From Phoronis australis (lineage: Eukaryota > Animalia > Phoronida), in contig NMRA01000005.1 in NCBI GenBank assembly GCA_002633005.1, forward strand, positions 955,001 through 1,019,000: a DNA stretch of 64,000 nucleotides, read 5' to 3'. A model generated the notes under the pieces. That model worked only from the letters and a program-made list of their open reading frames with translations. It had not been told where the DNA came from and did no database searches. Below, piece after piece: positions 11,492 to 26,400 of the stretch; positions within the stretch are counted from its first letter, which is position 1, and each line of letters begins with the position of its first letter. The translations under genes were made by a program, and so were the position numbers.

Positions 11492-14400
11492 GCAACAACT
11501 TATCAATGTAATATGGGCTTGGAATTTTCCTCTTTTAAAAAGAGTTTCCCTTTTTGGTTTCAATTTCCTCTTTATTTAATTTCCAGTTTCCTCTTTTTTA
11601 GTCACTATTTTGTCATTACTTTGACTTTATTCATGCAAAAATGTTTATTTCAGTTACATTTTACAACACAAAATTACGTATATCACACAAGCTTATTTAT
11701 TTGTGGAATGATACATCATCTGTAAAATTTTCCTCTTTTTTGTCATTGGTCATTCCAAGCCCTGGAATATGTAACAGTTTGTGTCATTGGTCATTCCAAG
11801 CCCTGGAATATGTAACAGTTTGTGTCATTGGTCATTCCAAGCTCTGTGTAATGTTATCTGTACGTCTTATTTCTGTATTTTCTCATTTGAAATTATATGT
11901 GTTTTCACAATGGGAAGTAATTCTCTTCAATGTTTGTCGGGTGTCTGGACGTAACCGTGTTAGAATTCCATCGAAACTAATGTAATATTTAAGACCAACA
12001 TGGCTGCAGGAGAAAAGCCCATTTTTGTTACTGACTCCATTTAGTTCCCCCCGTGTTGCGTAGATAGTAAACCCTTATTAACTTGCAAAACAGTGTCTTA
12101 AAAACGTGTTCTTTCTAGTCGTGGACACTTGATTGTAGAGGCTTATGCTGTTCAGATAGCATGCTAATATTAAGTATAAGATTTTTTTCTGTATGTGAAA
12201 GTGTATCAAATCGAGAAAGATGTGATCAGATGCTTACGAGATTTGTAATTGAATTGGTGAAAGTCATCAGTATATATTGATATTTAGAGTCACACGCTGG
12301 ATATACAAGCCTTGGATTATCAGTAAACTTAATTAGAATACTACAGCAAAACGCAATGTGAGAAGGCAGTGTTGCCTAGTTGATAATGAGAACCAATGAG
12401 AAGGTGGCCGTGCTTCATTTGCATATATAATATCCAATAACACAGTGATTATGTGTGTCATACATATACATTGTCATTGTGAAAACTGCATTCAGTACCC
12501 AGTGAGAAATGACTGCTATTTTATTTGCTTGCGCAACCTCCAATAAGATGGCAGCGTTGTCTGGCATGAATATCCATAGAGGTAACAATTCCGTTTCTCT
12601 CTAGGTGATCATTAAGTTCGCTGGAAAAGAGATTCCCAAGAGTCCCTACCGTGTGGTGGTAGAGGGCGCTGTTGGCGATGCCAGCAAAGTCCGGGCCGAG
12701 GGACCTGGTCTCCAGCGTAAGGGAGTGCAGGTCACGAAAAAGACCTATTTTGAGGTGTTCGCTAAAGGTTAGTGGAGTCTGACTCGGGATTCAAACTCAG
12801 TACTTGTATTTTGTACTCAAATTGAGCAGCGAGGCAAGTGCTGTGAATTTTGTTTCCAGAGGGTGTCTCTTGATTCTTGAGTTGAGCTTGAGTTTGGAGA
12901 TTAAGTTCTTGGATCTTGGTTCACAGAATTAGGCTCCAGCTCGATTAGAACTACCGTAGTTAATGTGAAGTTTCTTAAATTTAGGACAAAATGTGGACAT
13001 CAGCTGAATGACGCTGTCAAATGTCTGCAGAATAAATATCCAAAATTTGTTTTCATTGACAGCATTGTTGTTAAGTAAACCGGAATTGAAATATTACATT
13101 TTTAGTAATTATTTGTATTCCAAACACAACATTTTTACTACAGTGGAGAAAAATGTTTCTTACTGCGACAGCATTATTGTTTTTTCCTATTCTTGATCTG
13201 TTGTAACGTTTTCTGTGAAATGTGGCTATCTACCACATTTTCTGTGGTTTGATTCCGTTTCACCATCGTGTCTCCTGCACAGATGCTGGCAATGGTGTTC
13301 TGGAAGTTGTCATCATGGACCCACATGGTCACAAAGACTCGGTCAAGCCCAAGATCACAGACCGTGGTGACGGTACCTACCTTGTGGAGTATGTGCCCAA
13401 GGATTTGGGCCAACACTCAGTGCACGTATCCTTTGCTGGCAAGGCCATCCCCAACAGTCCATATGGAGTCAATGTGTCTCCTCGTAAGTTATCTCCCCTG
13501 AGGCAGGCTGAACTTAAATAACAACTTGGTTTTGCCCTTATGACATTTAGCTCTGGTTTGAGAAATATTTCTCTCTGGGAAATTTTTTATTGTGTTTAAT
13601 GAGTATAGTGAATGTGTATAAACAAATTGAATGTATTAATTGTGGGAAAGGTTGAAGTAAATTTTCAGGACAGTTATTGAGAGATTGTGATTGCACAATT
13701 TGGCACTATGTTGCTGTTGTCTTTTCCGGTCAGAACCTTCTAAACAGATGGGGATGTTACCTCATCGTTGTATGATATTTTTGTGACATACGAAAGAATC
13801 TCTGGAATTTGAACTAGATTTGTATTGCTTATGAATATTCACGACACTTTTACTAATATATGATTGGTCATTCCAGCTGTTGACCCAAAAAGGTGCTATG
13901 CCACTGGCCGTGGTGTTCAGCCAAAAGGAATACGTGTTGGCGATGTTGCCGACTTCAAAGTGCACACAGAGGGCGCTGGTCAAGGCGAGTTGGCCGTGCA
14001 AATCCTGGCACCAGGGGGCGTTGAGGAGAAAGTAGATGTGAAGAAAGTGAATGAAGATACGTACGCTTGCGTGTACAAGCCACAGAAACCTGGACACTAT
14101 GTCATCAATGTCACCTACAGTGGTCAGCACATCGCCAAGAGTCCGTTCAAGGTATTGTTAAATGACCTGTCCTGATTGGCTAAAACACTATAAGATTGCT
14201 TCCAGTCGGTGAAGCAATGTCCCATTTCATGTCATTTTGACGACAGGTGTCACTGTAAACTGTTCAGATACATTGCAGAAATCATAAACATCTGACTGAA
14301 AGCAGGAAAAAGCTTGCCAATCTAAGAGATGGAGAAATGCTTAACAAAATAACTGTAGACTAATCCCTTAGGTATGTCTGGCTTGTAATGTATGGATCTC

Positions 14401-17400
14401 AGGAGAGCAGTGTTACCCAAGGTCAAGGTTGCTCTCCATCAGTCTATGCATAGATATAATCCATGCCACTGATTGATGTCTGAGGATGATTTAAAATGAC
14501 ACATTGGGTTTTCAGGGCCATTTTTGATTATTGTTGGGTAGGGTAGGCTAGTGATGAGAAGTTATTAGACCTGGGCTGTAAAACCTGTTGAGTTTCATAA
14601 ATCACTATAGGACTTCTTTTAGTAGAATTTACTGAAATCAACGTGGTTAATGTTATCAGTTTAATGCGCTTAATAGCTACTTGAGGTAGGGGCTCTTAGC
14701 TCTACTCGTTCAGTGTTAGGCTGCGACCACTGAGTGTTGGGTTTGAATTCTTCTTTGGGCTGTTCTTAAGTTCACAAAATTGTCACTCGTAATGTCATTA
14801 CAAAAGAGGTTATGCGGCACCATCTGCTATTTTGCTAGTTTGAACTACATCCAACTTGATTTATCTCGGTCTGAAGTTGCAGATGTATGGACCGCTGAAA
14901 AACACGCAGTCTCAGTTAAACAAGGAAATGTTGTGGTGAAATGTGGTCAAGGGAAACACATGTATGGATACATAGTGTATCAGAGGTTACAAACCACTAG
15001 CCTAGTTTTGTTGTGCCTATCAATGTATTCTACCCGCGTCCACTCTGTTAAGTTGATTTATGGTAGAAAATGTGAGTACTAATTTAATTATGTCTGCGTT
15101 TTGCATTTGTTAGAGTCTGGTTGCTGAGCGATAAAAACAGTTTGATAGCTGTAGACAAGCAGGTTCATGCATTGTCAGTTACTGCCTGATGAGTCCACTC
15201 ACGCCACTGTCTTCAACATTCTGCCACAATATGTCACTTCCAACTAAATTTTGATGCCTGTTGTAACAGTGCTATCGCTTTCACTCAAGCAGTACACCTT
15301 GTTTTGTAACACAGGTTGACATCGGACCATTCAAAGAGTCGCGCATCCGTGCCTATGGTCCTGGTCTTGAGGGCGGCATGTGCGGCAAGCCTGCCGACTT
15401 TGTGGTGGAAACCAACGGCGAAACAGGAGCACTCGGTGAGTGGGGTTGATGGAGTGATGGAGTATTATTTGATATCAAAGAGCATGGAATTTGCTAATCT
15501 GATGCTTGACCAAAGGGATACGTCAATACAAATAGACGGTCAATGTGATGATGTTTTCAGTCACAAAGTAATATGGCTACCATATTGCTGTTTTCTGCCT
15601 TCTGTCTCTCTTGTGTATGTAGTGCAGTTGCATAGTGTGCAGCAATTTAGAGTACTAACTATGGTAAATAGTCCCCAGTTTGGCGCAGAGAATATTCAGT
15701 TATTTTCCTAAAGGGCAATATTGGCCGTCCCAAACTCAAGAATTATGATCGACAACATACGATCATTTATCTCAATGTTACAAGTTATCGTGACACATGA
15801 AAAATGTCGCATTGGTGGCCAACTTTTCGGTGATTTTACGAACTGCCAAGTCTGTCTTTTGGACTCTGTTCATACAAAAGTCGGCGTTTGAAATATGACA
15901 GAGGCAGCCAAAATCACCTATGTCCCAATCATCAGAATGAAGAAAATCCAATTCGTGCTTGAGTTTTGGTGTCCCAAATTTTAGAGACTGGCCCAAGCTT
16001 GAGATTTTTTTTAAGTTAGTACTGCTATTGCAGTTACTGTTGCTGGTGTGAATTTTAGTATTAAGGTTTATATTGATAAGATGCGTGAGAAAGAACATAT
16101 ATTATAAATACACTTAATTTCAACTTTCATTGCTGCAAACTGCAGGTTTATTATTGACTACTAAGTGATGTTCTTTCAAGCATAATCAAAAGGAATGCTA
16201 TTTTTCTGTGATGTTTGCTTTGTATGATCTGTTGTTGTTGGACAGACTCTCCTTCATGAACATGCTCAACCCTTTTCATCTCTTCCACTACAGGCTTCCA
16301 AGTGGAGGGTCCGTCGCAGGCTAAGATAGACTGTAACGACAATGGGGATGGCTCTGCTGACGTTAGCTACATGCCCAGCGCCCCCGGAGAGTACGCTGTG
16401 CACATCCTCTGCAATGAGGAGGACATCCCCAACTCTCCGTTCATGGCTCAGATTCAGCCAGCGACAACGGAGTACAACCCAAGCATGGTGAGACGTGGCC
16501 GCGTGATTCATTGTTGAAATTTTTTTGTATTTGCTTAACCAGACATGTCTTCGCGCTAAGCTGTTTGTGTTTGTTTAACCCTAAATGTTATTGTCCAGGT
16601 GCTTGTTTCACCCATGCCATTATATCTATATGAAATTTTGTGCTCATCGTTTTTCTAGTCGATTTCTTGCACAATGACTTCATTGGTGTTTAGATAAGAC
16701 GGTTCCAGTAATGTCTGTGTGGAAAGGGAAGGTACTCAAATTAAAAAAAAAACATGGTTGGTTATGCTCAGAACAAATAAAAACTGACCAGTTGTTGTTC
16801 TTTTAAAACTAAAGTATTACTGGTTGGTGGTGTTTTTTAATCATGCATTGTGTCACAGTGACTTTTATGAGTGGCCGCCAAAAAGAGTGACTTCCACCCC
16901 TCCCATTTGAACAGCCCTAAGCAAACCTTACTTGTAGTACATAGCTTTCCAGATAATTTCTTTCACAGCACTTGTTTTGCCATCCAAGACGTATTGAAAT
17001 TATTTTACACCCTTTTCATCTTAAGTCTGAATGTTTGTTTGCCTCTCTCTAAGTAACCTCCACACAACCTCTGACCTTTGACTTGCTCTGCCAGGTCGTT
17101 GCCAAGGGTCCCGGTCTGGAGAAGACGGGTGTTGAGACTGGCAAGTGGGCCATGTTCACGGTGGACGCCACCAAGGCGGGCCGTGCACCCCTCAACATCA
17201 CTGCCATTGACGCCGACTACAACCCAGTGGAGGTGCAGGTTCATGATAACAAGAACGGCACATACAGCTGTCGGTACCTGCCCAAGCAGAACGTCAAGCA
17301 CACTGTGTTCATCAGCTATGGTGGATGTAACGTACCTAACAGTCCATTCAGAGTGAGTTGTCTGTGTTCAGGGTGTGGAATTTTCCTCTTTTAAAAGGAT

Positions 17401-20400
17401 TTCCCTTTTTTGTATCAATTTCCTCTTATTTGATTTCCAGTTTCCTCGTTTGTCGTATCTTTTTATCATTGTTTTGACTTTATTCGTGCAGAAACGTTTG
17501 TTTCACGTAAATTTTACAACACAACAAGTATATTTCTATCACAAACCTATTTGTGGAACGATACATCACCCGAATAATTTTTTTCTCTTTTTTGTCATTG
17601 TTCATTCGAAGCCCTGTGTGTAATGTGATTGTAAACTGATAGCGATGCACAATTACACTGTCGTGTGTTTTGCCGAGGTAGCACTCGGGCACAACGTTCT
17701 GGGAATTAGACAAAACTGTCTAAAACTTACTGGATACCAGCTAAACGTTAGACATTATGCCGGATTTATAATCCCTTGAAATGGAGAAACTAATATTTGA
17801 CAAATGTATACAACGGCATTGAGTTAGGTGACGGAACATTTCTGAAGAAGCATAGAGTGCAATGCAGGATACGATTCTGTGTCATTTGTACTTTGTGTGC
17901 TTTACGTGTTGTCAAATTGTCAAAAGGCAAATTTGTTGATTGAGGTGATGGATGCTGTCCTTGTGGTGTGCCAGACATCTCTGTGGATGGGATGAATGCA
18001 AGGATGTTCTACGAAGTCTGATTAAGCCGTGCAATAAGTCCATCAACGCAAAATTGGCGTGAAGTTTTACTTTTTAGGTGACAATTTTTTGCCTTTGCAC
18101 AGGTCACTGGAATGTTCCCGATCACCTTCCTGTTGGGGTGATAATTAACATCACTTCAATCTTCCTCTCGCTAGGTGTATGTCCAGGAACCCAGCAAGCC
18201 TGACAACGTGAAGGTCTTCGGTCCAGGGGTCGAGAAAGGGGTCAAAACCTTTGAACCCACTAAGTTCTTTGTTGACTGCAAGAAGGCAGGACCCGGTAAG
18301 TACCTGCTATGTTGTGGTGAAAACGATGTCTAAGTAATTTTGTAAAATTGCAAGTGAATGTATTGAAAGATATTGAATTTTTTATAGTTGGCCAGTCTAT
18401 TAAATTAAGCCGTGAAGTTTTGTAACTGAGTCTCAGATCTACCCCTTGTGGTTGTAGATTTGCTATATGTTGCAGTGTTTAATGCTTTAGTTCATTTTTG
18501 CAGATTGGTTTAAGGGCAATATGTATTGCAATATGAATGCCCAGATCTTATATTGTTTTTTTTTCACTTAAAAGTATCTCTCGACTTCAATGTCTCTTTT
18601 GTCCCGCCCATAGGTGACGTTGCCATAGCGATGACAGATGAGCGCGGCATAGACGTTCCCCTGGAGACGACCATGGTGGAGGAAGGACTGTTCCAGATCG
18701 CCTATGAGCCCAAGTCAGTGGGTGACTACAGCCTGGCTGTGTTCTTCGCTGAGAAGGAGATCCCGTCTAGTCCCATGAAGGTTTCAGTTGAGCCCAGCAT
18801 TGATGTCAGCAAAGTCATTGTGGACGGCTTGGAAGAGAGTAAGGAAACTTTGTGGACGTTCTTGAGCAGATCAACACATGTTTGAACACGTACATGTTTG
18901 AACACGTACATGTTTGAACACGTACATGTTTGAACACGTACATGTTTGAACACGTACATGTTTGAACACGTACATGTTTGAACACGTACATGTGCGTTTG
19001 AACACGTACATGTGCGTTTGAACACGTACATGTGCGTTTGAACACGAGTGGAGACGTTTGGAAAATGATATTTGTCACATTTGAACAAGAAACACAATCG
19101 CAAATTAATTATATTAAGATGAACACGTTTCATTAAATGAGAGTATATGGTTAACACATTTGAACCATTGCCTAATAATATACATGAACAAAGGTGGGCT
19201 TCTCAAGAGTTTTAACAGTGCTGTAAATGAATTAGAGCAAATGTATGTTATTTTGGTATTGATTACAATCATTCTTTTCATAAGTACGGTGAAGAGCATC
19301 GTTAATGACTAGAGGAGACTGATTTTAGACTGCATGCGTTCAAAGGTGTTTAAACTATTTGAACTATTTTGATGAACCTTCATATGAACTAAATCTCCCT
19401 ATCAGCTAGCTGGTTGCCTGGGTGATGAGTTTGAGTCGTTAATGGGAACGGTGTGCAAACACTTCTTGGTACTGTAGCTATCAACTTTCAGAAATTCCTT
19501 CTGTACTTTTTCTGTAACTTCTTTCGTCCAAATTTCCCGTGGAAATTCATCAGTTGATATTGTACACTATAAGACTTTCAGCTTAATCTTCTGTTTTGAA
19601 TGAGTGATATCCGTTGTTTTATCCTACTATGAAGTATTTTGTAACTGTGTCTCTGCAAGATGTACACACTGTCTTTCTTCTTCCATTTTATACCTTGATT
19701 AAACCCTACCTGTCACCCTTGTTGTTTCTCTAGACATTTTTGTTGGTGAGGAGTTTGAGTTTGACATCCTCACCGAGACAGCTGGCAAGGCTCAGCTTAC
19801 GATTACTGTCAAGTCTCCATCGGGCAAGACATTGATTGCTACCCTGGAGCAGATGACTGACGGATTGGCGGCGAGGTTCACACCCACCGAGCCAGGCGTC
19901 CACTCCATCCACATTCAGTTTGGTGGTCAACCGGTGCCGGGAAGTCCATTCACTACTCGGGCAGTGGTCAAGGAGAAACCGGTCACTCCGGTGGAGGAAG
20001 CCCCACCCCCAGAGCTGAAACCCATGAGTAACGCTGGCAAAGTTAAGGCGTATGGAGAGGGCCTGACGAAAGGTGTGTCGGGCAAGGCTGCTGAGTTTAC
20101 CATTGACACTCGAGAGGCTGGTCCAGGAGGTCTTGGACTTACCTTGGAGGGGCCGAGTGAGGCAAAGATAGAGTGTCGTGACAATGGTGATGGCACATGT
20201 CTGGTGACATACTTCCCAACTGAGCCTGGTGATTACAAGATCAACATCACGTTTGCTGATCAGCACATCCCCATGTCGCCTTTTACGTCACGTGTCACGC
20301 CCGGGAAGGAAATCAACGTCAGTGGCGTCAAAGTGATGGGACCAGGAATCCAGCCTCGGGGTAATGGTGTTAGGGCGTGGAATGGAACAGAGCGAAATTT

Positions 20401-23400
20401 CGTGCATCATTCTATAGAGCAGAGAGCGTCTTGTGTGCATTTTACATGTTTGCGTCGTACTTGTCTGTTGAATGGAAAATTAGCAAGTGCGGGATGTCTG
20501 CGCAAGCGGGCATGTCCTGCTGTGGTACATGGTGCCAGGCGTAACAGGGTTTTTGTTTGATGAGACTTACTGCATTACCGAATGTTATCAGTCTGTGCTT
20601 GGACTTTGTGGTAATTTGTTTGGCGGTACTTTGTCTCTAATCTCCTGTTGAGTTCAGCTCTACCCAGTGCATGGTCTCATATAATTCGTTTGGTAAATTT
20701 GCATGTTTTTGGTTTTGGAGTGTATTTTGATTTTTGCCAGGTTGTGGACATAGAAACTACATGTAGCGTCCCAGATTCATGATAGATGGCGTTTTGTTTC
20801 TAGCAAGCTGAACTTCATGATTTTTATCATCTGAAGGTTGCCAGATGTACCCTTGTTTTATTTAGTAGCATTTGAAGGTTACCAGATGCACTACTGTTTT
20901 AGTGGCAGCAATTATGAGTCTGAATATTTTGTGTTGCATAATATCTAATCTGATTGTGTGTGTTTGTGTGTGTGTTCATAGTAAAGAATTATGGCAGTGT
21001 GTAACATTCCTCAGTCAACAAACCTAAAAACAGTTTCGAAATTTTGCTTGTAGCAATTTTCTCTTTGAAGAACTTTTCATGCCCGCTGGTTTTGGTTGAG
21101 TGTTTTCTTGCAAATTCCTGTTAACTAAAAGCTGTAATACTAGTTTCTGGAATTTATTGTATTTGTTAACTCCCATAATCCTTTGTCACACCTCAATATT
21201 GCCGTGCCACGAGAGGCTATTTCAGTGCTGATGTCGGCAAACTCGTGTGTTATTAAAACATTTTTCTATATGCAGCTGCTGTGAAATTAGTAGGTTGGAT
21301 AAATTCGCCGTAAATACTTTTTTAAGATGGGCAAATATTCCTCAAATTTTGGCTGCGAATTGTAAGGGGGAGGGGGCGGATAAGGAAGTCAGAAAGCACT
21401 GACTGACCACTTGGTTTATAAACACCGATAATTTTTAGACAGCGGCGAACGAAACCAGCCTTAGAGTATGCGGGTGCATACTCCAGGAAAGGTGTTTGCA
21501 CCTGCTTACTTCAGGGAAGGAGTATGCACCTGCATGCTCCAAGAAGTTATGACACCGGATCTAGAAGTTTATAATTTGTAAATAATTAAACTCAATGGAC
21601 AACGTGGCAAATTGTCTGCAATTCACTCACATGATTGATTTAAAGGCTAAAAGGGTTACTGAAGCCAGTTCATTATTGCCCCTTTTTATAAGCGAGCAAG
21701 TTTGGATTAACACGACTTTGTGCCAGTGATGGAGTCAGTCTTATAAACGAGATTGCCCTGTTCACATTTTGTATTTACGGTAGTTTCAGTGTTATTTGTT
21801 CACAATTTGTTTATTTTGTATAGCATACGTTTTTGTTCTGGGCTTCGATTTGAGATTGCTGATAGCACTGACTGTGTATGAATTCTTCGTAGGAGTATTA
21901 CTAATGCGTTACTCCAAACTAACCTTGGTAGACCGCTGTATTTGTTATCTGCTTGAATACTAGACCTTATTGTGTAATCCCGTATGGATTATGACAAAAT
22001 GTTAAGCAAATGATTTAACTTTAAACTGTTCTGTTTAGTGATGTTTATTTTATTATAATAATTCATGACACCTGACCCCTGTTGTACAGCACGTCACTGT
22101 TATGCACAAGACTGAATTCAAGTTTTTTGTGTCTGTCCAAAATTGTGTGATTCTAATCATGGATAAAAAGTGTATTGACATACACACGCACTCTCTCTCT
22201 ATCCTGTAGTTGGCTCCTACATGGATTATCTTTGTCTTAATTAATGTCATTATTGAACTTCTATAATAAATAGTATATTTTCTCTATTGGTGTTGGTCGA
22301 CAGTTGACATCTTCTGTTCTCATCATCATTACAGGAGTATTCATGGAGTCGTCCACTGACTTCACTGTTGACTGTCGCAGCGTGACGCCACAGTCACCAG
22401 ATGACAAGGTGCGTGCCATCATCACCAACCCGTCTGGCACCAAGAATGACACGTTTGTCACCAACAACGGTGACGGAACGTTCAAGGTTGACTACACACC
22501 GTATGAACAGGGTAACTAGATGGGATTTTTTGTTACATCACATGGGGAATAATGACTTTAAATATTAAGTAAACTCTGCTTTGTTTTGGTTAAAAAGGAA
22601 TTTGATGACCAGCTAATCTAGTTTAATACTTATTCCCAAATTTTGTGATGCTCGTTCAAGCAGCTAATTGGTTGTTTTCACAAAATCAGCTGAATGGCTT
22701 TGAACTTTATTTTTCATGAATTGCCAGTAAAAACGCAGGGCTACAATTTATTAAATGTCCCTGTCTTAGTGGCGTCGCTTGGTTGAATTTAAAAGCATTG
22801 TATGCTTTAGTTTGAAATTCTGCCCATTTCGTGAAGAATCGTGCTGCAGCAAAACTCTAGTAGCTTACCTATAAATTCTTGTTTTCACGTTGATTTTGAG
22901 TTGACTTAATTACACATGTTCCAGGGCTATTTTGTTCTGAATTCCTTACAAAAACTTTTCTTATTTTAATTGAAAAGCGACCGTCACCGTCGTCGTGTAG
23001 CCATTCCAGCCCTTGTCAATCTTAATTCATGCTTGTTTTATCTTCAGGAAAAATTAGGCTTATTTGAGAGTGGTAAATAATCTCTAATTCAAACCATATT
23101 CTTTGATATCAAGAACTGTTGGCATGTGTGTTGTCTTTGCCTGTTCTGTGTCTGGTGTGTACTGTGGCAAGCAGTCTGGCACTAGTCACTTACAGGCGTT
23201 CCGGATTTTGAGAACCAGTTTGATGCCTGTTATTCAGTGGAGAAAACTGGTTCTGCAAATGCGGGACCCTTGTAAGTGACTATTACCAGGAGTTGAGTTG
23301 TTCATGTCAAGTTGAACTGTTTATTCAACTGAGTCCTTTGCTCACTCTTTCATTCATGTTTCATTGTTAGGACCTCATGAGATTGATGTCTCCTACGAAG

Positions 23401-26400
23401 GCATACCCATCCCCAACTCACCGTTCCCAGTGGAGGTTGTTCCTGGAAATGACCCGACCAGAGTCCAGGCCTATGGACCGGGGCTGGAGAACGGGGTCAC
23501 CAACGTACCCCAAACGTTCACCATCTCTACCCGTGGTGCAGGTAAGGAACCTTTAATTTATGAATAAATCTTAAGTGAGGAACCTTGTGTAAATTTAGGC
23601 TAAGAACCTTATAAAAATCTTAGGATGGAACCTGATGCAAATCTAGGCTGGGAGCCTTGCATTAAATCAGAGCAAAGACCCTTATTTAAATGTCGCCAAG
23701 AACCTTAACAAAATCTAAGCAAGGAATCTTGTTTAACCTGGTCAAGGAACATGTTCTAAGATGCAAATTATAATTGAATTGAATTGAATTGGCTAGGAGC
23801 CTCGTGTAAATTAATTAGCCAAGGAAGGTTAAATCTTGGGAAGGAACCTTATATGTAAATCTAGGCAAGGAACCTCATTTTAAGTCCACCTTTCTTAGAT
23901 ACACATATGAATATAGTGGGGTCATTGTTCTGATTGACCAAATTTACTACTTTATGACCTGTCTAGGCAAGGGCGGCCTTGGTCTGGCCATGGAGGGACC
24001 TTCAGAGGCCCAGATGACCTGCAAGGACAACAAGGATGGCACCTGCACTGTTGAGTATCTGCCTACCAAGGCTGGACCGTACAAGATGAATGTCTCTTTT
24101 GCTGACCAGCCCATCCCAGGTGAGCTGTCAAGCCTGTTGTAATATCTGCTTTAGAGTCTCTGACTTTTGACTTTCATTGAATAATCACTCAGGAAAGTTA
24201 AATATGAACTTATTTGCACTGTAGTCCACTTGTGTTATTACTACAATTCATTGTTAGTACACAGAGACACTAACTGTTATCAATTCATTCTTAGTATACA
24301 GAGACACTAACTGTTATCAATTCTTAGTATACAGAGACACTAACTGTTATCAATTCATTCTTAGTATACAGAGACACTAACTGTTATCAATTTAGACAGA
24401 TCATTTTGCATACCAATGCAAGTTTTGTTATTTTTGGAACTGTATTTTCTCATGAAATTAAAAAATTGTTTTGAGTTTAGCCGCATGCAAAGAGGCTTTA
24501 CTCAAAAGTGCTCACGTCAACTTGTTCGGGGTCTCGCTCACTCGCAAAAATGTGACCTTGGCCACGTGGTCTAATTTAAAGACATTCCACTCAGAACATA
24601 GAATGTAGTGTGGAAGTGTGTAATACGAACTTCCGCAAGATAAAAGTTTCAAGTGACAAAAAATGTGTTGAGTTGAGGAGATGGAGGCCAGGTTGAGGCA
24701 TAATACCGTTTCCTACCCAGGCTCGCCATTCACCATACCCATCAGGGATGAGATTCGTCCTGACAAATGTGTCGCCTACGGCCCAGGCCTAGATGACAAG
24801 GGCGTGAGAGCTGGGCAGCCGGCCACATTCACCGTGGACTGTCGTGAGGCTGGCGAGGCACCGTTGGAAGCAACATTTACTGACGAACTAGGTGAGTCTC
24901 GGCACAAACCAGGTTCTCTGTAAGTCACAATGAAGATGGCTACGTAAACAGCCTCAAGGAACACCTAAAATAGCGCCCTTGTGAAATAGCCTGTGGGGCT
25001 GCTGTATTTCACAAAACTTCCAAAAACGACTACTTTGTTGTTCTATCTGAAAGCAAGTTCAAGTTTGATAGAATGACCTTCGTGCTTGAAGATGATTTTA
25101 TAAATTCTTCCTTCTTTGAAGTGTTTATATCCTGATGTATTTTACATTTTTTATTATTTGATTACATACTTAACAAATCAACCTTTGTTTTGATATATTC
25201 ATCTTTGCTTTGGGACACTCGAACTTAACTAGTTTGACATTTTTTGGTTATTTGAATGAGTGATAACTTCACAAGTCAGCCTAAGATGATCTAATGACAC
25301 CCTTCTGTTGATCCAGGTAACCCTCAGCCGTGCGATGTTGAACCTGTTGATGAGAATGTGTACAACGTGACTTACTACCCTGCCGCTGAAGGAGTCTGCC
25401 AGCTTGGTGTCACGTACAACGGAGAGAACATCCCCAACAGGTGCTGCTTCAAGTTAATGCAAGAACTGTTGTGTGTTGCTGGTTCATTTATGATTTGTGC
25501 TTCACTGTCAGTGGTAATACCAGAAAAAACTGAGTTGCATTTTGTTTTGCCTATCAATTATGTTGTTCATCAATTTGTTTTCTTTCTCTTTCCTAATCTC
25601 ACTCTTCCTTTTATATTTAGTTCCTGCTGTTTTGCATTTCTTGTCGATTGATTAGTACTTGAAATTACTGCTTCTTTCTTTCTAATGTCTGACTGGATCT
25701 GACTTCTCTTTCTAGTCCATTCCGTGTCCTTGTTGTCATAGAAATAGCTTTAGATGGTAATACCTCCGCGGAAATCACCATCTCTCAAAAGATGGAGCCG
25801 CAGCAGGCACCAGCTGTTGCTGGAGGTCAACAGATGACAACAACATCCGTTCAGTCTATGGAACAGCGGGTCTTTCCAACGGTAGAAAAGCCACAAGTAA
25901 TTACAGAAGAAACACAGACTACCACGACAACTACTGTTGAACAGCTGGAGCTGACAACAGAGCACGTACCAGATCAGGGAACAACGGAGATCCAGACTCA
26001 AGAAGTTGTTTCCCAAGGGGTGATACAGACGGTGGCGGCACCATCGCCAACGGAGGTTCCAGAGTCTGCGCAGACACAGCAGACATTGCAGGAAACGATG
26101 CCAAGTGTTCTACAAGCTGGGGTACCAACCACAGAAACTGGCCAGGTGCCAACAGAAGTTGCTAAGCCAACTGAAGAAGGCTTTGTAATTGGAATTGACG
26201 CCCAAGTTGATGTGGTGGATACCACAGTAGAACAGCAGAACATCGGCTTTGACATTTCCATGACAACGGATGAGTCTGTGACCCAGTTTGAGTCAACAAC
26301 CCAAGAGGCTATCATTACTCTTGGAGATGGGGGGATTACCATACAAGAAGGGGAAACAGTCACTGAGAGAAGTGAAGTACGGTCAGGCGGAACGTCGTTT

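Noticed and set aside
19730-20266. Minus-strand ORFs overlapping filamin exons (also 13174, 13762, 17005, 25998)
   Set aside because: Antisense shadows of coding exons.
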